This document shows, piece by piece, positions 11,192-20,998 of a stretch of 64,000 bases of DNA. Made by a program: the position numbers and the translations under genes. This DNA is from an uncultured delta proteobacterium (GTDB taxonomy: Bacteria; Myxococcota; Myxococcia; Myxococcales; Myxococcaceae). The stretch lies in NCBI GenBank assembly GCA_963771175.1, contig CAVYSY010000030.1:1-64000 (forward strand). The letters run 5' to 3'. Within the stretch, counting starts at the first letter, position 1. Each line of letters opens with the position of its first letter. The notes under the pieces were generated by a model that was not told where the DNA came from, made no database searches, and saw only the letters and a list, made by a program, of their open reading frames with translations.

Positions 11192-13120
11192 CCTGATGGA
11201 GCCGAAGGTCAGGACCTCGGCGGCTTCCTCCAGCGCCCAGGCCAGGTCTAGGAGCGTGCGTGTGAGGGTGGGCTCGCCGGCCTTTTCCGAGAGCCTTCGC
11301 ACCGACGCGGCGGTCTCCATTGGCCGCTCCACCGCGTCCCTCAGCACCTCTTGGATCTCTCGGATGACCTCCGCCAGCGGGAGTGTCCCGGCGTGCGCGA
11401 GCGCGGCCTCGTGGAGCTCCGCGATGGCGTGCCCCGCGCCGAGGACCGCGAGGCTTCCCGTGGGCATGTGCGCGCCGAGCTCCTTGGCTCGTCCGAGGTG
11501 GAGCGTCAACCGCAGGAGCTGCCGCGCGGACTGCGCGTGCCAATCCGCGGCCGTCGGCGTCCAGGTGCGCTGGATGAGGCGCCGCAAGTCCCGACGGAGG
11601 GCCTGGGCGGCCTCGAGCGCCTGCCGTTTGGCGCGGCGTGGGACGAGCATGAAGCTGCCGACCACCACCGTTGCCGCGATGATCAGCGCCAACGAGCCGC
11701 TCCACGCGGCGGAGGGGTCCACCACCGTCGGGAGGACGGCGACGCTCGCGAGCAGGAAGGACATGTTGTAGTCGATCGCCATCAAGCGCGTGCGCGTCGC
11801 CGCGCGGGCCAGTCCCCCCACCAGGAAGAAGGGCACCACCGACACCAACAGCTCCGGCAGCGTGGAGATGTGGGGCTGCAGCCACAAGCGATAGCCCAGG
11901 GCCGCGCAGGAGCCCGTGACAATGCCCGCCCACAGTTTGGGGGCGATGAGCTGGGGCACCGGCATGGTTCCCAGCACCATTGAGAAGATGCAGACGCCTA
12001 GCGCCACCAGCTCCGTGGCGGGCCGTGCGGACGCGTACGCCACCGCCGTGGCCGCGAAGGCCACCACCCCGGTGATGAGGCCGCTGCGAACCGCGAGTCG
12101 CCACTCGCGGTGCGGGGCCAGGTGGGCCACCCCTTCGTTGGACGCGCGTCCCGCGGCCGCCTCCGGCCTGGCGAAGAGCGCCTGCTCGGCGGTGATGAGC
12201 TGACCCACGGCCATGACGAATCGCCTCACGGTGGGGTCCGCTTCTTCCGCGCCCACCGTGAACTCGCGCCAGAGCGGGTCCGAGGGCGCTGTCGATCGCA
12301 GCTGCTCGGCCAGGCGCTCGAGGCGAGCCAGGAGCGCCTCCTCTACGGCCTGTCGTCCCTGCCGCACCCGCCCGCGCAGGACGAGGGCGCCAGACACCAC
12401 CGAGAGGGACGCCGCCACCAGTGCGTCGATCAGCGCCACGCGGCGGTAGCCCTCGATGGAGCCCGCGGTTGCCAGACGCGCGGAGGAATCCACGTCGCTG
12501 AGCTCCGAGAGGAGCCTCCGCTCCTCCTCGCTCGGGTCTCCCTCGTCGCGCAGGAGCCGGGCCGCCAGAGCGACCGCGTCCGCACCGAGGACGCGCGCGC
12601 GCTGGAAGAAGAGGGGAAGTGACTCCGCGGGGGTCAACAGCCCCGTCACCAGGGTGACGACGACCACGCCGATGAGCGTGCACTCCACGCGGGAGACGGC
12701 GGTCACGAGCGAGACGCCTCCATGGAGCACCGTGGGCAACACCACGATCGACGCCGTGAGCCCGGCCAGCAGCGCCCAATAGCCCTGGACCCCGCGCAGG
12801 ACGTGGTTCGTTCCCGTCATCGCGGCCATCCACCCGCCCATCAGCGCCAGCTGCACGTAGGGGCTGACCGGCAAGTGCACGAGGCCGAAGCCAACCCCCG
12901 CGCCCAGGAGCGTGCCGATGACACGGTAGAGCCCGCGCTCCAACATCACCCCCCGCCGAGGCTGTGCGACGACCCAGATGGGCATCGCCGCCCAGAACGC
13001 GTTGGGGATGCGCAGCCACGAGGCAATCGCGAAGGCAATCCATGCGGAGATCGACAGCCGCAGGGCCAGCCCCACCGCCGCGCGGTCCAACCCCAGGATG
13101 TTCCCTAGACGAGCAAGCAT
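11186..13120 (-). CDS. FUSC family (fusaric acid resistance/aromatic acid exporter) membrane protein
   Basis: ALRLSISAWIAFAIA..WAAMPIWVVAQP..G..LERGLYRVIGTLLGA; two hydrophobic halves. Confidence 0.85.
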   Translation of the reverse strand: MLARLGNILGLDRAAVGLALRLSISAWIAFAIASWLRIPNAFWAAMPIWVVAQPRRGVMLERGLYRVIGTLLGAGVGFGLVHLPVSPYVQLALMGGWMAAMTGTNHVLRGVQGYWALLAGLTASIVVLPTVLHGGVSLVTAVSRVECTLIGVVVVTLVTGLLTPAESLPLFFQRARVLGADAVALAARLLRDEGDPSEEERRLLSELSDVDSSARLATAGSIEGYRRVALIDALVAASLSVVSGALVLRGRVRQGRQAVEEALLARLERLAEQLRSTAPSDPLWREFTVGAEEADPTVRRFVMAVGQLITAEQALFARPEAAAGRASNEGVAHLAPHREWRLAVRSGLITGVVAFAATAVAYASARPATELVALGVCIFSMVLGTMPVPQLIAPKLWAGIVTGSCAALGYRLWLQPHISTLPELLVSVVPFFLVGGLARAATRTRLMAIDYNMSFLLASVAVLPTVVDPSAAWSGSLALIIAATVVVGSFMLVPRRAKRQALEAAQALRRDLRRLIQRTWTPTAADWHAQSARQLLRLTLHLGRAKELGAHMPTGSLAVLGAGHAIAELHEAALAHAGTLPLAEVIREIQEVLRDAVERPMETAASVRRLSEKAGEPTLTRTLLDLAWALEEAAEVLTFGSIRA

Positions 13121-13281
13121 GTCAGGCGCTCGGCGCCAGGTGCCACCAACGCCAATGTTTCTCTAGGGCGCGCCACGAGAAGGTGCAGCGCTTTGTGACT
13201 CGCCTGGCGCTGGCTCCAGCCCGATTCGACACTCGGGACCATCAGGTGGGCTCATGGTCCCGTCGTACTTCCTGCCTTCCG

Positions 13282-13308
13282 TTGGGCTTGCCCACGGCAG
13301 GTGCGAGC
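13282..13308 (+). repeat. Short IS91 transposase-tail copy
   Basis: TGGGCTTGCCCACGGCAGGTGCGAGCC matches 11077-11103. Confidence 0.6.
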
Positions 13309-13315
13309 CCACCAT

Positions 13316-14131
13316 TCAGAACGCGTAACGGGTGGACAGGGCCACCGAGCTGTACTGCTCGACCGCGGCGCCGCCCGCGGCCGAGAGTCCGGAGCCCTCG
13401 AACCGATCGAAGAAGGCCTGGTGGTCGAAGGCGAGCGCATAGCCCCAGCGTGAACCCGGAAGCTGGCCTTCGAGGCTGGCCAACGCCTTCGCTCCCCAGG
13501 ACGAGACGGACTGCTCGCCGAACAGCGCTCGCTCCTCCTTCCCAGGTGCCGCGAGGAAGATCGCCCCCGCGCGCACGCGCAGACTCGCCCAGCGCGGCAC
13601 CAGCACCACCCGTCCCTCGAGTGAGGCCTCCGGTGCGAGCTGACGGTTGCTCGACGGAAGCACCGGGTTGGTCGCCACCGTGAACGTCCGGTGGTGCACC
13701 CCGAGCGCGATCGCCACCTGCGGCTGAGCGAACGCCTGGCGAAACGCGTGGGCGTACACCAACGCGAGCCCGAAGCTCTGGTCGCTCGACCACTGCGCAC
13801 CGGCGCTGCCGACCCCGATGATGTGGGTCTGGACGAAGCCCCGACTGTAGCGACCCAGCAGACCGAGCCCGGCAAGTGGGCCTCGAACCTCACGGAACGG
13901 AAGCACGCGCGCTTCCACCCACGGGCCGAGATAGGGAGCACGGGTCTGGTACACGAGTGGCGTTCCATCGGCGGGGTGGCTCTTCTGCCCGCAGGCTGAA
14001 ACCCCGGGGCAGAAGCGGTACGTCCGCCAGAACGCCGCTGGCCCTGCTCGTACGTCGAGCAGCGCGAGCCCCTCCCCCTCTCCCGCCGAGGGCTCGACCG
14101 CGAGGGGGGTCGTCGCGGCGACCGGCGGCTC
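13316..14131 (-). pseudogene. Outer-membrane beta-barrel-like protein, 5'-truncated
   Basis: Amphipathic strands and C-terminal STRYAF; the 5' part is replaced by the duplicated segment 14132-14341. Confidence 0.55.
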
Positions 14132-14341
14132 GCCGAAGGCATTCAGCGAGCGGATGGGGCGCCAGCGGCGGGGAGCTACCAGAACGAGGCGCAGACCTCG
14201 CCGAGCTGGCTGGACGACTTCCGCCTTCAGGTCGCGGCGCGCAGCCCGCGCCTGGCCCAGTGCTTCAGGGGACCGAGCGACCCGGGGCCCTGCGCTGGAC
14301 GGCCGCGGTGAACGCCGCGAGCGGCTCCGTCTCCGACCATG
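14132..14341 (+). repeat. Diverged about 210 bp copy of the internal part (6038-6249) of the TonB-like gene
   Basis: Direct alignment shows high identity with a few substitutions and single-base deletions. Confidence 0.85.
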
Positions 14342-14352
14342 TTGAGAAGCGA

Positions 14353-15762
14353 TCAGCCTCCGCTGCGCGGAGACTTGTCGGTGCGGCCGTCGTCGTACAG
14401 CCCGGTCAGCCCCGTCACCTTGCCCGAGGCATCCTTCTCGATGCGGAAGCGAAGGATGTCCATGCCGTCGTCGAGCATGAGGGTGTCCGCCGTCATGGGG
14501 ACGGCCCGGATCCTTCTCTCGCTGTTCTGCCACTGGAGCCAGAGCGAGCCATTCTCGTAGATCAGCATGCGCGGCCCGTAGCTCCCCGCGAAGCTCTTCA
14601 GCACCTCGGCGGTCAGCGTCACCGGCCTGGCGAGCGCCTCCACCTTCTGGATGGACCACGCGAGCCGCCGCTTCCGCTCGTCGTCCTGGGCCTGGGACTG
14701 TAGCTTCTTCAGCGCATCCAGATGGGCGGTCTCGAGCGCCTTGTCCGCTGGCACCTGGATGTCCGGAGCAACGCCGGTGCCTTCCCAGTTGGTGCCGGTG
14801 ATGGGGTTCACCGCGCGGCCGAAGGGAATGAACACCAGCAGGTGCACGTCGGAAAGGAATTGGGCATCGACTGGATGGGCCCCGCCGCCGGTCGTCTCAC
14901 CGACAAGGGTCGCTCGCTTGAGGTGCTTCAGGTCGTAGGCGAACTCCTCGGCCGCGGAGAATGTGCGCTGGCTGGTGAGGACATAGACGGGAACTCCGGT
15001 CATCCGCTGGCCCGTCACGTGTGCCGAGGTCCAGAACTGCTGCGTGGTATTCCCCTTGCGGATGTAGAAGCCGTTGAGGTGCGTGGGCTTCTCGAAAAAG
15101 TAGCTGGTGATGAGCTGGACCATCGACGGCTCGCCACCGCCGTTCTTGCGCAGGTCGATGATCACCGCATCGGAGTTGGCCAGGAAGTTCATGGCGGCGA
15201 TGGCGGTCTCGCCCGCCAGCTCGGCGCCGATGAAGCCGCGCAGGTCCAGGTACCCCACGTTCCCCGCGAGCCGCTCCACCTTCTCGAAGCCGAAGTTCAT
15301 GGACGCCAACTCGCGGCGGAGCTGCTCGCGAGCGGCCGGATCGCCTGGCCCATTGGGGTCCATCGCCGGGGGCATCGAGGTCGCGTAGTGGATGCCCAGG
15401 TGCTTGTCCTTGCTCACCTCGCGGAGATCGCGGGTCAGCGCTTCAGCGAGCTCGGCCGAGTGGGTGAGCTTGTCGTAGGCGCCCGCCTTCAGCTTCTGGC
15501 GGATGCTCGCCTCCATCTTCTTGGCCACCTCCGGGAAGACATAGGTCTCGTTCAGTGCCGCCGAGACGCGATCCACGATCTTCGCGCGCGCCGCCGTGTC
15601 CACAGGCTCGCCGCGGCCGGGCCCCGGCTGGGCCCGCGCGGTGCCCGAGACCAGCAGGAGCGCCGCCGCCAACAGCACGGCCATCCCTCCGCGCGACACG
15701 CGCCCATCTCCGTTCTCACTGCTTGCCGTCATCACTGGAGTCCCCTCCGGGTTGGAGTTCAT
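14353..15762 (-). CDS. S41 family peptidase (IRBP-like), secreted
   Basis: DKHLGI, GNVGYLDLRGF, IIDLRKNGGG, TFSAAEEFAY, GETTGGGAHP, WEGTGVAPDI motifs. The start may be a downstream ATG. Confidence 0.9.
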   Translation of the reverse strand: MNSNPEGTPVMTASSENGDGRVSRGGMAVLLAAALLLVSGTARAQPGPGRGEPVDTAARAKIVDRVSAALNETYVFPEVAKKMEASIRQKLKAGAYDKLTHSAELAEALTRDLREVSKDKHLGIHYATSMPPAMDPNGPGDPAAREQLRRELASMNFGFEKVERLAGNVGYLDLRGFIGAELAGETAIAAMNFLANSDAVIIDLRKNGGGEPSMVQLITSYFFEKPTHLNGFYIRKGNTTQQFWTSAHVTGQRMTGVPVYVLTSQRTFSAAEEFAYDLKHLKRATLVGETTGGGAHPVDAQFLSDVHLLVFIPFGRAVNPITGTNWEGTGVAPDIQVPADKALETAHLDALKKLQSQAQDDERKRRLAWSIQKVEALARPVTLTAEVLKSFAGSYGPRMLIYENGSLWLQWQNSERRIRAVPMTADTLMLDDGMDILRFRIEKDASGKVTGLTGLYDDGRTDKSPRSGG

Positions 15763-15958
15763 CTTTGAACCCTATCCAATGGCGTTCACTGTGCAGGTTC
15801 GACCGCAAGAGCGGCAAGCGCAGTCGGAGCACTTCGTACGGGATCCGATCAGCGGCTTTCCCGCCTTCCGCTCCGGGGTGTGCCGCGTCGAGCCTCTGGC
15901 CGGGAGCTGAGGTTCACGCGGCCTCGTGGGTTCGCCTCACGGACTTGCACGAGTCACC

Positions 15959-16110
15959 TCAGCTGACGGTGTAGGCGACCTCCACGCCGAGAACGGTGAA
16001 GGCGCTCGTGTTCGTCTCGCCGTTCGAGGAGGCCGCCCCGCGCACGAAGGCGAAGTGCCAGAAGGGGTTGCTGCCGAACGAGTTGGCGGTGCTCGTGGGA
16101 CGGAGCTGCT
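15959..16110 (-). pseudogene. C-terminal fragment of an unknown beta-rich protein
   Basis: PTSTANSFGSNPFWHFAFVRG...VLGVEVAYTVS-stop with strong GC3 codon bias and no start. Confidence 0.35.
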
Positions 16111-16154
16111 GTCCGACTACGACTGGACCCCCTCAACAGGGCCCCCGCCGGCCA

Positions 16155-16778
16155 TCAGGGCCCTCTCGACGCCTGCTTCACCAGATGACCCGTGAAGTTG
16201 TACTCCAGCAGGTGGCGCTTCTGGTTTCCATCGCTGGTAGCGAACGTCTGGACGTAGTCCCCCTGATTCAGGAAGAGCGTGACGCTGTACACCCCAGTGT
16301 CCCGGTCCACGTGGCCCTGCCCGCTCATGGCGCGGCCCTTGGCCACCCCGTTCTTCAGCACATGGACGAACACATCGTTCGCGGTCGCGCCGTAGTAATA
16401 GGCATCCTTCACGAACGAGACGTTGAAGAAGTACAGGCCGGTACACGGAGCGATGAAGGTGCCCCCTCCCGCCCCCCAGCCTCCGCCCTCCAGGGTGTGG
16501 GCCGTCGGGTAGCTCAGCAGGGCGAGCCCCCCTTCCGAGACGTGGCCATTCCCACTCACACTGAAGGCAACGAGGCCTGACTCCGGGCAACGGGCGCCGG
16601 CCAACAGCTCGGCCTCCCGGGCGGTGGTGGGGTCCACCGTCTTGTATTGAGCGAAGAGCACCCCCTCCTTCTGGGGACCGGCCCGCCAGGCGGAGGCGAC
16701 GGGCTCCGCGGCCCACGCGGAGCCCGGGGTGAGGATGGAGACCAGGCCGGACAGCAGCATGAGCCACGACTTCTTCAT
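16155..16778 (-). CDS. Secreted C1q-domain protein
   Basis: Signal peptide; VAFSV..G.F.AP..GLYFF..V.V.KNG..L.LNQGD.V..FTGHLV matches the globular C1q pattern. Confidence 0.8.
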   Translation of the reverse strand: MKKSWLMLLSGLVSILTPGSAWAAEPVASAWRAGPQKEGVLFAQYKTVDPTTAREAELLAGARCPESGLVAFSVSGNGHVSEGGLALLSYPTAHTLEGGGWGAGGGTFIAPCTGLYFFNVSFVKDAYYYGATANDVFVHVLKNGVAKGRAMSGQGHVDRDTGVYSVTLFLNQGDYVQTFATSDGNQKRHLLEYNFTGHLVKQASRGP

Positions 16779-16959
16779 GAGAGCCTCCCTGCCCGGGTCT
16801 TCCGGGGGTTCGGGGAGGCTTGGCCTGGGAGGCCCCCACCACAACCTGTCCCCAGGGGAAGACAGGCCGTCGTTTACCCGACCGCTCGCGCTGTCAATCG
16901 AAGGCGCGAGGGCCCGCGACTGGTTCACACAGCTCGAGGAAATCGACGGGGGTGTCCCC

Positions 16960-17000
16960 GGTTTCCACGCGTGGAAACCCCAGGGCTCGACGCGTGGAAA
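16960..17000. promoter_or_regulatory. Perfect 20-bp palindrome with a repeated half-site; candidate operator between divergent genes
   Basis: GGTTTCCACGCGTGGAAACC at 16960-16979 and ACGCGTGGAAA at 16990-17000. Confidence 0.5.
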
Positions 17001-17173
17001 GTGCCGCGACGCGGAGGGGCCGGCGAGAACGCGCCCGCCCGTGGAGGCGGCCCCCCTCGTGTTCCGCGCTGAGAACGCGCGGCTCGACGGACTGGTACGT
17101 CGCTTGCTCGAGGCCCAAGCCCGAGACCTGCAAGGGGTCTCGGCAAGAACTCCCACCGCCACACCTCCCATTC

Positions 17174-18298
17174 ATGAGCCCGTCCCTCCAGATTCCGTTC
17201 TTCCGTTGGCTGTCTCCCCTTTCGAAGCTGGGGCTGCTGACGGCCCTGATGACCACGGCGACCAGCCACGCCTCGACGCCCGTGGTGGATCAAGCGAACG
17301 AGCCCTATTCGCTCTACTCCGTCCAGCTCTACACGGGAGCGGTGCCCGGCGGACAGACCTTCACGGTGGGCAAGGCCGGGACGCTCTCGCGGGTCTCGGT
17401 GTATGTGCAGAAGCAGTGCCTGCCAGACTGCCCGGACATGCTGGTGCAGTTCCGCTCGACCGCGGGCCAGGTGCTCGCCAGCGGCACGGTGAGCCAGGCC
17501 ATGATTCCTACCGGCAGCTACAACTGGATCGACGCCGGGTTCTCGCAGCCGCTCAGCGTCCTTCCGGGCGAGCAGTACGCCATCGTGGTCCAGAACGCCC
17601 AGCCGTACTTCTCGGGGGGGTATGACTGGAAGTACGAGGCCAACTCCTCCGTCGACTCCTATCCTGGCGGGATGCTGTTCCAGGTCGGGTACAACTCCCA
17701 CCCCGCGTATGATCTGTACTTCCGGACCTACGTGACCCCCAACGAGGTGCACAACTGCGCCGAGGTTCGCGCGCAGAACCCCGCGGCCCCGGATGGCACC
17801 TACCCGCTCACGCTCGGTGGCAAGCAGGTGGAGGTGTACTGCCACGACATGGCCGGCACGCCCCGTGAGTACCTCACGCTGAAGACGGGGAGCACCACCA
17901 ACTACTCCTACTACGGCCAGGGGCCGAACACGTCCGCCGGCGGGCAGACGACGTGGTTCACCAAGGTGCGCCTCGACCCCGCGACGCTCACGCTCGCGCT
18001 CGACGACACCACCTTCTCCACGAGCCAGGGCTGGATGAGCTTCGGAAGCACCTTCCTCTACACCAGCCCGCTGGGGAGCGCGGGCGACTGCGTGACCGCC
18101 TATTCCCAGACGGGCCGGAGCAACATCGACCTGACGGGCACGCCCTTCGACATCGCGCCCGGCCAGTTCCAGGTCGAGGGGTGGGTGCCGGCGGGCTCGA
18201 CCACCTACAGCGGCAGCCAGATCGTCAACCTCATGGGAGGAGGCTACTGCGGCGCCAACCACGACCCCGACAACCGCCTGCAGCTCACCTTGCAGTAG
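17174..18298 (+). CDS. Secreted protein with a C-terminal GON domain
   Basis: CAEVR..DGTY.L..VYCHDM..PREYLTL..T.FTKVRLD..D.TFS..AGDC..IDL.GT.F..GGYCG matches the GON domain of ADAMTS9/20. Confidence 0.8.
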   Translation: MSPSLQIPFFRWLSPLSKLGLLTALMTTATSHASTPVVDQANEPYSLYSVQLYTGAVPGGQTFTVGKAGTLSRVSVYVQKQCLPDCPDMLVQFRSTAGQVLASGTVSQAMIPTGSYNWIDAGFSQPLSVLPGEQYAIVVQNAQPYFSGGYDWKYEANSSVDSYPGGMLFQVGYNSHPAYDLYFRTYVTPNEVHNCAEVRAQNPAAPDGTYPLTLGGKQVEVYCHDMAGTPREYLTLKTGSTTNYSYYGQGPNTSAGGQTTWFTKVRLDPATLTLALDDTTFSTSQGWMSFGSTFLYTSPLGSAGDCVTAYSQTGRSNIDLTGTPFDIAPGQFQVEGWVPAGSTTYSGSQIVNLMGGGYCGANHDPDNRLQLTLQ

Positions 18299-18359
18299 TC
18301 ACCCCTGGAGCGCCGCTGCCATCCTTCACCGGCAGCGGAGAGACCACGAGGAAGGCCCC

Positions 18360-18553
18360 CACCGGAGGCTGGGCGTGCAGACCCTGCAGCCCACCCGGGG
18401 GCCTCTCGGTAGAGGTCGTTGAGGTTGTGGACGAGCGCCCAGAGGTCTTCCACCTCCCAGCACTCCGACGTCTCCCCGGCGAGGATGTGAAGTTCCAGGG
18501 CGGGGCGCTCGCGCACGTCGACGACCTTGAAGCGGTGCGCGGCACCGCCCATG
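18360..18553 (-). pseudogene. Fragment of a hypothetical gene, cut at a hairpin repeat
   Basis: RFKVVDVRERPALELHILAG..WEVEDLWALVHNLNDLYR has coding-like bias but no start. Confidence 0.35.
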
Positions 18554-18621
18554 GCCGGGGAAGGTGTCAAAGGATTCGTTCCGACGCCTCGCGCCCTACG
18601 AATCGTCTGACACCTTCGGCC
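18554..18621. repeat. Hairpin repeat R1 (GAAGGTGTCAAAGGATTCGT-N18-ACGAATCGTCTGACACCTTC)
   Basis: Imperfect inverted repeat; 68 bp identical to 21457-21524. Confidence 0.85.
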
Positions 18622-18640
18622 CCTTCGGCCAGCCCTCGTC

Positions 18641-18668
18641 TTCAACCGTCCTCCCATCTTTCTTATGC
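18641..18668 (+). repeat. IS91-like end motif
   Basis: TTCAACCGTCCTCCCATCTTTCTTATGC versus CTCAACCGTTCCCCCATTTCTCTTATGC at 6991 and 8264. Confidence 0.6.
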
Positions 18669-18705
18669 TTTGGCGTGTCCATGAGGTTTTGGACCTCGCG
18701 AGAGG

Positions 18706-20205
18706 TCAAGACATCGCCCGGGTCAGGTCATGAATCTGAAGCGCCTCCTGGGGCGAGCCCAGCCCATCATCCGCGTAGCGCAGACAGAAGTAGAAGAGCG
18801 CCCAGGACTGAGAGGCCTCTGGCGACAACGGAAAGCTCATTCTCGCGAGCGCGCCCACGGCCATGCCCAGGAGCTTGCTATCGAGAGCGAGCGCATAGGC
18901 CATACCGTGATGCATGAAATACTGCGGCGCGCCGCGTGGGACCTTCTCATGCACGGCCACGCGGTAGGTGAAACCGCGGCTCTCCTCCACCTCCAGGTCG
19001 AGATTCTGGTTGGGCGGAATCATCGGCGTGCCCACGGCGGTATGCGGGCCTCCCCTGCCCCAGCCCCGCTGCGCCAGGCCCTCGTAGTTCCTCCCCCACC
19101 GCCAGTGCAGGTGCAGGCAGTCGTGGACGCACACGGGAGCCATGGTGATGCGTTCGAGTGGCAAGTTGCGGAACTGCGCCTGCTGGCGGATCCGTAGCGG
19201 CGCGATCATGGTCGGCGCGATGTGGAGGTTGTCGAAGGCGCCCTGGCGCTCCACTTTGTGCACCGTGCGCGGAATGGGGTAGGGGTGCGAAGGGTAGACG
19301 CTCACCGCGCCGCCGATGCTGCGCTCCGCGAGCGAGGGAGACACCATGCGGTAGCTCCCGCTGGCAACGTGGAGCTTGTAGTAGTCGAACAGCGCGGACC
19401 AGAAGGGCTTCTCCAGGAAGAACTGGTTCGTGTCGGTGAAGAGGGAGAGGCTCTGGCGGCGACCCATTCCATCACTCTGGTCAGAGTGCAGACCGTGCGC
19501 GGGCGCGAGCTGCATGTCGGTCGTCTCGGGCCGCATGACGGTGAGCGCCGCGTCGAAGCCCTCCAGGTCCTGGTTGGAGACCAGCATGAGGTGCGGGCGG
19601 ATCCGCGACATGGTCGCAACGCCCAGCGGTTCGAAGTCAGCGCGCGGGGCGCACAGCGCGAACTCGACGAAGACGAGGATGCGCAGCGGAGAGGCCGGCA
19701 GCTTGAGCTGCTTGCCGCTCGGGACGTAGACGGGCCGCCCCGGGGGCGGTGGGGCGCCCGGCTCGGGCATGAGCTTGTCGCTCTCCAGCGCCTTGCGGTG
19801 CATGGGCCCGAGCTGCCCGCCGGGGTTCAGCTCGTAGCCGAAGACGAGCAGGCTCCCGGCCTCGAGCGTCGTGGGCAACCACCCGTGAGTGAGGGTGGGG
19901 ATCTCCCCGTGTGTCGCCGAGAACCGCCGCAAGAGGAAGTCCGGCTCGAGCCTCAGCGTGAAGCTCTTCTGCTTGTAGCGCACGGTGAGCGGGTGCCACT
20001 CGAGCCGCTCGCACACGCGCAGCCTGCCGCACGTCGCGTCGGGCACGTCACAGGCCAGGCCGCTCACATGGTCGAGCCTGGGGCGCTGCCAGGACCAGAG
20101 CCGGGTGCGGCCGCCCCCCGCGGAGCCGTTGCCCTCGCCCGCCACCAGCCCGGGCAGGGCCGTGCCCAGAAGTGTCTGGCGGAGCAGTGTCTTGAGATTA
20201 GGCAT
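18706..20205 (-). CDS. Hypothetical protein (499 aa)
   Basis: Long ORF with coding bias; contains FDNLHIAP and CVHDCLHLHWRW; overlaps the upstream gene. Confidence 0.7.
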   Translation of the reverse strand: MPNLKTLLRQTLLGTALPGLVAGEGNGSAGGGRTRLWSWQRPRLDHVSGLACDVPDATCGRLRVCERLEWHPLTVRYKQKSFTLRLEPDFLLRRFSATHGEIPTLTHGWLPTTLEAGSLLVFGYELNPGGQLGPMHRKALESDKLMPEPGAPPPPGRPVYVPSGKQLKLPASPLRILVFVEFALCAPRADFEPLGVATMSRIRPHLMLVSNQDLEGFDAALTVMRPETTDMQLAPAHGLHSDQSDGMGRRQSLSLFTDTNQFFLEKPFWSALFDYYKLHVASGSYRMVSPSLAERSIGGAVSVYPSHPYPIPRTVHKVERQGAFDNLHIAPTMIAPLRIRQQAQFRNLPLERITMAPVCVHDCLHLHWRWGRNYEGLAQRGWGRGGPHTAVGTPMIPPNQNLDLEVEESRGFTYRVAVHEKVPRGAPQYFMHHGMAYALALDSKLLGMAVGALARMSFPLSPEASQSWALFYFCLRYADDGLGSPQEALQIHDLTRAMS

Positions 20206-20998
20206 TCTTCAACTCCCAGGAGTCCATGGCCGCCAGCAGCACCTTGTCCTCCTCTTCATTCCCGGGCAGGCCCATCAAGGTAAACTGCTCATGCACCGGG
20301 CAGAGCAGGGAGATCTCCCCCTTCTCATCCGTGACCAGCGTGAGCGCGTTCCCGGCCGCGTCAGCGACCCGCAGGGGGACGCCGGAAAGGGGGCGCTCCT
20401 CGTCCGCCTCGTCCACCACCTGGATGACGGAGTACGAGAGCACGGGGCGCAGCTCGAGCTTGAACCTCGGCGGCTGCTCCCAAGGGAGGAGTTCGCAGCG
20501 CGAACCCACGAGCTCGAGCTCGACCGCCATGGGCTCGGCTGGCAAGGCTCGCGTCCCTTCGAACCACACTCCGTCCACGGACTCTTTCTCCGCCGTGCTG
20601 TCATTGCACTGACGACGACGCCGGGTCGTGAGCTCGAGCGAGACCTCCGCCCACAGGGAGTCCTCCTCCGGCTTGATCGCGATGCTGACGTTCACCGTCG
20701 CCGAGAGGACAGCAGTGACCTCTTCGACCGAGTGCACATCGTCCCCCGCCTCCGGGTGGCTCTGAACGAACTGCTCGAACCAATAGGAGAACTCCAACGG
20801 GACCTCCCTTTCGAGATTCCTGTAGCCGTATTGCGGTGAGCCCATGCAGCGGAGCAGGGGACGGGAGAGGCGGAGGCTGCTCTTCCATTCAGTGTGGACG
20901 AGCTCACCCCCGACGTAGCCGCTGCTCTTGTGATGGTGGGAATGCTCGATGCTGAAGGCACACTCCCACTTGCCCACGGCCTTCCAGGAATCGTTCAT
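20198..20998 (-). CDS. Hypothetical protein with a C-terminal carboxypeptidase-regulatory-like beta segment
   Basis: ATG 20998; IQVVDE..RPLSGVPLRV..TLVTDEKGEI. Confidence 0.6.
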   Translation of the reverse strand: MNDSWKAVGKWECAFSIEHSHHHKSSGYVGGELVHTEWKSSLRLSRPLLRCMGSPQYGYRNLEREVPLEFSYWFEQFVQSHPEAGDDVHSVEEVTAVLSATVNVSIAIKPEEDSLWAEVSLELTTRRRRQCNDSTAEKESVDGVWFEGTRALPAEPMAVELELVGSRCELLPWEQPPRFKLELRPVLSYSVIQVVDEADEERPLSGVPLRVADAAGNALTLVTDEKGEISLLCPVHEQFTLMGLPGNEEEDKVLLAAMDSWELKNA

